Assembly (NCBI GenBank): GCA_964016885.1
Contig: OZ024742.1
Span: 75,330,001 to 75,394,000 of the forward strand
DNA: 64,000 bases
Reading direction: 5' to 3'
From: Eledone cirrhosa
Lineage: Eukaryota
Shown here: piece by piece, positions 58,141-64,000 of the stretch
How positions within the stretch are numbered: the stretch's first letter is position 1
How the letters are laid out: every line of letters starts with the position of its first letter
The notes under the pieces: model-generated
What the model was told of the DNA's origin: nothing
The model's database searches: none
The model's input: only the letters and a program-made list of their open reading frames with translations
Program-made: the position numbers and the translations under genes

Positions 58141-58341
58141 GAGTGTTAAATAATGACTGCTATTTCAGTCATATTTAAATTCTTCAAACTATGTATTAGT
58201 TTCATATTTATTAGAATAGGTTTTCTTTTAGTTATATAAACTTAAATATAGACTTTCGTTTCATGGATGCTAGAAAAATACCTATTAATGGGAAATAATT
58301 GAATATGATTATTTTCAGTTTTATTACTACCATTATTTAAT

Positions 58342-58528
58342 GATGGATTGGCAGTATCGGTCGAGGGTCGGACGCCATGCTTTGCAGCAAAGAGTTACAG
58401 CCCTTTATGATCTGAGTTCAAATCCCGCCGAGGTTAACTTTGCCTTTCATCTTACGAGGTTGATAAAATAAAGTACCAGTAATACACTGGGATAATTGCT
58501 GGCCTTGTGCCAAAAGTAGAAACAATTA
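58342..58528 (+). mobile_element. Near full-length SINE
   Basis: A box, B box and tail as in the 50812 copy. Confidence 0.9.
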
Positions 58529-58954
58529 TTCAATTTATAAGTTCTTACCTGAAAGAATGATAACTATCATGGATGATAACAACCCGAATTCCTGTGTTGA
58601 AACACATATTGAGACATATTCACAATACGAACGTATAACTATATCATATATTCCTAACAATTGGATTGGGTATCATTGTTTACTTGCAGAGAACAAAATA
58701 AATCGAAATAACTCCTTTCATATCACTTCTCAGCTACATAATTATCATTGGCTGGAAAAAAATTTAAATAAATTGTATTTAGTTTCGTTTCTATACATTT
58801 TAAGATGAACTTTTATAAAAGTCATATCTATCTTCACACCACTTACCTTGATGAAAATAAGTATTAGTTATCTAATGATAATAACAATATAATATTGTCC
58901 TCCACTAGAATTTCATTGCCTTGTAAGAAATTATTATTGTATGTACTCTTCTAA

Positions 58955-59041
58955 CTTTGCATTTCATCATTACGGGGTCGATAAAATAAAGTACCAGTAA
59001 TGTACAGGGTAATTGCTGTCCTTGTGCCAAAAGTAGAAACA
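58955..59041 (+). mobile_element. 5'-truncated SINE with 22-bp TSD
   Basis: TSD ATTATTGTATGTA(C/T)TCTTCTAA at 58933-58954 and 59042-59063. Confidence 0.88.
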
Positions 59042-59599
59042 ATTATTGTATGTATTCTTCTAATAGTGAAGTGCATCGTACTTTAACAGAATGTTATGGT
59101 TGTAAAAGAGTGTCGATGTTAAGTTTCATTAATTCGACCACAGTTATACTGCCAATTAGCCTTGGACGAAAAAAGAAATTCCCTCGTAAAAACTATTCTA
59201 TTGCCAAAATAGCTAACCATTCTTTCAGGAATACTGTAATTATGAATCGGTTTATTGCTTTAGCAATATACTGTCTTACTTACGTGGCGTTACTGAATGC
59301 AGTTATTAATGCTTAATTTTTAACTAGGGGCATATGCAAGACTGCGGGATTAGGAAGTAAAATTTGCAAGCCCTAAGTAATTTTCGGTTCCAATTCCAAT
59401 GCGCAGCACCTCGGCAGGTAGATTCCACCATTACCAAAGGTCGACTAAACATTTTAGCTTTCTATACATGAGTAATGTTGGAGAATAGCAATCATATTCC
59501 CAGGAAAACTCTGGGTGTTGATAAGAATCAATTGACGAAAGCAATCTCTCAATGTCCGAGGATTACTGACAGCGTAGTTTAGGTTATACGGAGTCCTTT

Positions 59600-62500
59600 G
59601 CCTAGGTCGCTAAGTAGTACGGCACCTCACACAGTGGCTAACTTAGAGCAACGAAGTGAGCTCATCAAAAAGCATATTCACCCTGCACACGTTTGTTCTT
59701 CTTAAATCATTACTTCCCACTGTTAGACACCTATTACTTTCTTGTTTTTTTGTCTTTACATTTCCTATATATTGGGTCAATAAAAGAGGTCTTCTTCTTC
59801 TTATTATTATTATTATTATCGGTCTGTTCGGACGCTTTTTGCTCGCTCCCAGTAAGTCGCTTTATTTGCCTGTTAAAATTATTTGTTGTTAAATATTTTT
59901 TGTTGTGTAAGGGATATAAGCCCTTAGACTTTGCCCTGTGAAGGGGAAAGTATAATATTTGGGCTTTTTGGCCCAAATATTTGAACATTTTACTTAAAAA
60001 CAAACAAACAAAAAAAACATGGCTGAGCCACGCCCTCCAGCAATATGTTTGCTGTCGTCTGACAATGGCGTACAAGTTGAGAGGGGGGGTTACAAAAATT
60101 GTTACAAAAGACACCACCACAAACAACGTGAACAAAGACATCACTGAGAACACTAATTTTGAAAAAAATTATCACACCAACTACAACGATAACAGCGTCA
60201 AGCAAAATGCAGACATCAGAAAAAAATGACAACAAATGCAACAAACATATTAACACCACTAACATGAAAATAAACAATGACAACACCAACAACAACAATA
60301 CAAATTGCACCGAAAACAACAACAACGGTGGCACCAAAAACACAACCAACTACAGCAGTGATAACAGCAACAACACAAACAACACCGTTTGTAGCAGTAG
60401 CAACAGCAACAGCACCAACAACAAAACCAGTAGCGGCAGCATAATGGTGCAATTGAAAAAGGGGCCACTTTTTTCGCAGATGTGGCCCGAAATATAGAAA
60501 CAGTGCTAGTCATGGAGGAGGAGATGGCAGTTACAAGAGCCATCGTGTCGAGAAACGACAATAGAGTTTCCCTGAAACCTCCACCCGTTTTTTTCAAAGA
60601 CAAGCAGCTGCGCACGGTGACATACCGCACCGTAAGCAAAATGTCACATCGGGTGGAGAGAGCCACGGAGGCTCAAATCCAAAAGGCCTTGGGGTGAGTC
60701 TGGGCGCGAAAAACCCACATCACCCGAGGCAAAAAGTACGCCACTGTAGACGTACTTTTCGCCCCCCCCCCCAAGAGGCGAAGTCTCACTCTTTGGAAAC
60801 CCTAAAGAGTGAGGAGATAGTCTTGGTGCCCTCCTACTGCTGGCAGAAAATTGTGAGGGTCAAAGTGACCCAGGTCCTGCCCGACGTGCCTATACTTTGG
60901 CTGGCCGCGTCTGTACTGGCTGCAATCAAGGAGAAGACCACCTTACTGCAAATACAGAGAATGGGAAGAGAGAACTGTTCAGGAATAGGCATGCAAATGC
61001 TAATACAGAAGGACCAGGAGTGCATCAAGGCCATCCCAGACATTATAAACCTCGAAGAAGGGCTCTAACTCCCTATAAGCGTGGAAGGAAGGCACCCAAA
61101 GTGGTATTTCTGAGGCTCACCTCAGGGCCTTCTGCCTGCAGAAGACAGCCAAGAAGAGCCCCCCCCCCCTTCCGACGCCTGATCCGCTACTACAAGAGCA
61201 GGGCAGGCAACAGAGGCAGAAGACCCTTCCATGGTGAGTAGGATAGCAACGTCCGTGGCACCCATACCAAGGCCACGAACAACTAAAGCAGTGGCAGCAG
61301 TGGCGGCAACACTAACAGTCGCAGTAACTACACAGGCGGTAAAATCGCCGGAGCTTGCACCACTACCATCACCAACAGCAGTGGAGCTCATGCCCCTCCT
61401 GAATGCCGCGGGGTCCGACATGGAGTGTGAGGCGGGGGGGGGGGGGGGGGGAGTGGCAAACGGTCTTCCACAAAAAAAGAAAAAAGAAAAAACCCTTAGC
61501 TTCACCCTGTAAAAGCGAAGGCAGACAAAGAGGGGTAAAGGCTGCAAGGAGACTTGCAGCAACACCACCACAAGCATCACCACCAACAACAACTACACCA
61601 CTACCAGCATCACCAGAAACACCAACATCGCAAACACAAACAAAACACACACCCAACAGCAACAACAAGAAAACAGCAACAAAATCGCCCCGCCCCCCAA
61701 AAAGTACACAGCCATAAAAATGGCAAATAAAAAATTCTTACAACACATAATGGAGCACACAGACATCACAGAAAAAAACTACTACACCCCACCAACACCA
61801 AGAACTCTCCCGACAAACATAAGCATCATTGAAATCTCAATAGAACATTACAAACTTTTAAAGCAAAAATTCCCCAACGCAGTTGGAGACTTCAGAGGGT
61901 CGGTTACCAAGAGGATATACACCGACATCCTCTTGGAAACACCCATGACCAGCGAAAGGGTGGGTTCTACTGTCCCTTCACCACATGATCAAGGTAAGTG
62001 ATCCTTTCTCACTTACCCCGTTTCTCATCTAAAATGGCCGTACTTAGAATAATCAGTATACATGTACGTGGCCTGGGGTCATCTTGGAAGCAGGGTCACC
62101 TGCTCGACTGCAGGTCACTAAACATAGATGTGGTGGCCATCAGCGAAACCAGAATCTCCGAAGCACGAGCCTTCACATCGATCTTCGGCGGCTACGATGT
62201 ATACACATCCACTAGCCGTCCAGGATAGGGGGGAAGGGTTGCCGTGTTTTTCAGAGAGGCTTTGATCTCGCCATACGGGCCATCTTCCTGGAACCAGAAG
62301 GTAAGACGGTGGCGGCGGACGTGACCGGCAGCGATCAATGCTTTCAGGCTAGTAGCTGTCTACGCGCCAGCAGCGGTAGGACGGCCAGATTTTTTCAGAC
62401 GTCTAGAGACCTTTCTTGGAACGTCCCGCTCTTTAGTGCTAGTGGGCGACTGGAACGATATCTTAGATGCACGCTGGGATTATGTGGGGCTAGTAGACAG

Positions 62501-64000
62501 GGCAGGAGGATGTAAAAACCTCAACAACCTGCTGAGACGTTTTGAACTCTCTGACAGGTATAGACTGGATTATCCGAATGTGCCAATGTGTACATGGGCA
62601 AACCGCATCGGGTCATCCACATCGTATTTAGATAGGGTATTCTGTAGGGAATCAGATAAGGTTAGTTTAGGTTGTCCACAATTTAAAGTAGTCGACTACA
62701 CGGACCACAAATTTGTGATATGTGAAGTTGACTTAGATAGACTCCATAGACAAGGGCCCGGCTACTGGAAGCTGAACGCGTCATTCCCGGCGCACAAAGC
62801 TTACAGATATCGGATTAGCCAATTAGTTAAGCGTGCGTTGATGGGTGCGATCGTCAACAACAGGTTGTGTTTTACCCTGAAAAGGGCTATTAGAGTAGAA
62901 TCGATAAGGTTTAGCAAAGGAGTAGTGATAGAGGAAAATAGAGTAGAGGGAGAGTTAGTTAGAAAGCTTGAAGAGGCGTTTAGGACAGGCATCGCAACCG
63001 ACGTGCGCGGTGAGATTGGCACTCGACCAATTCTTCAAAGCAAAGTACAAATCCTGCGTTGTCAGAGCTAGAGTGCGTGCTCTAAGACATGAGGGGACGA
63101 AAGCCGTTCAATAGGCCCGGGTGCTTGAGGCGCGACGTGGCAACAAGTCCACAATTCGGTATTTGCCTGATCAAAATGGGCGTATGTTGCTCGAACCCGA
63201 GCAGATGTGTTGAATTTCAACAGCACTTTACTCAATTGTTCTGGAGCGGCGGCGGGCGGGATCAGAGTATGGACTTCGGTGCATACCTCGACGGACAGCC
63301 GGGGCTCTAGACGACTGCAGCGCAGTGCTGCGAAAAGCCGCTAACAGCAGGTGAAATACGGGGCGGGATGTCTGACTGCACGAGGCGTAAATCGCCAGGT
63401 TTGGATGGTCTGCTTTACCAGCTTTATGCGTATATGCCAGACTTGTTCGGCGACCTCTTGGCATATGTCTACTGCAACTGGCAGCAGAACGGGAGCATTC
63501 CGAGTTTTGTGAGCCTGGGAGCTGTGGCGCTGCTGAGAAAAGACCCGAACAAGGGGGACGTTATAGACAACCTCAGTCCCATAACTGTGCTAAACGCAGA
63601 GTTTAAGATTTTGTCCAAGGTGTTAGCAACGAGGTTGGCGCTAGTCGTCGGTTATCTGGTGGGAGAGGCGCAAACATGCACCATTCCGGACAGTTCCATC
63701 AACGACAACCTCCATCTCATGCGATGTGATACATCATAGAGAGGATGGTTAAGGAACCAGGCACGGGTGGGGCCATGATCAACTTGGATCAATCTAAAGC
63801 ATTTGATAGCGTCGGCCATTTGTACCTGGCTGTGGCCCTCGAGGCGGCCGGCTTCGGGCCCGTTTTTAGGGTATATATCACTGCGATGCACAGCGACATT
63901 TGCTCGATTGTGAGGGTGAATGGTCATCTGTTGCAGCCTTTCAGCATTATGCGCTCGGTCCGACAGGTTTGCCCCCTCTCGTTCCTCTTGTACGTACTGG
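59600..64000 (+). mobile_element. Tx1/L1-clade LINE copy 3 (5' UTR, ORF1 ~60019-62000, ORF2 from ATG 62034), frameshifted; runs off the window
   Basis: ORF1 is homologous to copy 2 (VLVPSY, EW.TV..KK). APE motifs VAISET, GDWN, LDRVF, DHK and GPGYWKLNAS; RT motifs SPGLDGL, PITVLNAEFKI and DQSKAFD. The 5' boundary is approximate. Confidence 0.88.

Overview
Repeat-dominated eukaryotic DNA, probably an octopod cephalopod (inferred from the SINE family and microsatellite load). I found no recognisable host gene. (1) 1-27412 is a 29-bp satellite (~945 monomers) with nested kb-scale higher-order duplications, ending abruptly at a hairpin plus T-run. (2) 31387-37114 is a nested foldback complex in (TA)n: a Penelope-like element (RT + C-terminal GIY-YIG) with a 1.6-kb inverted arm, a younger non-coding inverted element carrying two type I hammerhead ribozyme motifs, and a 104-bp hairpin-plus-tail module at both ends. 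(3) 38.6-51.3 kb is a stack of retroelements in (AAT)n: two R4/Dong-like RLE LINEs, two Tx1/L1-clade LINEs and SINEs. (4) 51-64 kb holds more tRNA-derived SINEs, a non-autonomous Helitron-like element and a third Tx1-like LINE running off the window. Main leads: the hammerhead/PLE foldback nest; a 3' motif (CCTTGTG-N8-AGAAA-N2-ATTATT) shared by the SINEs and Tx1-like LINEs; and one amber codon at a conserved Trp position shared by both R4 copies, a possible A-to-I editing site. All alignments were done by eye, so boundaries can be off by a few bases.
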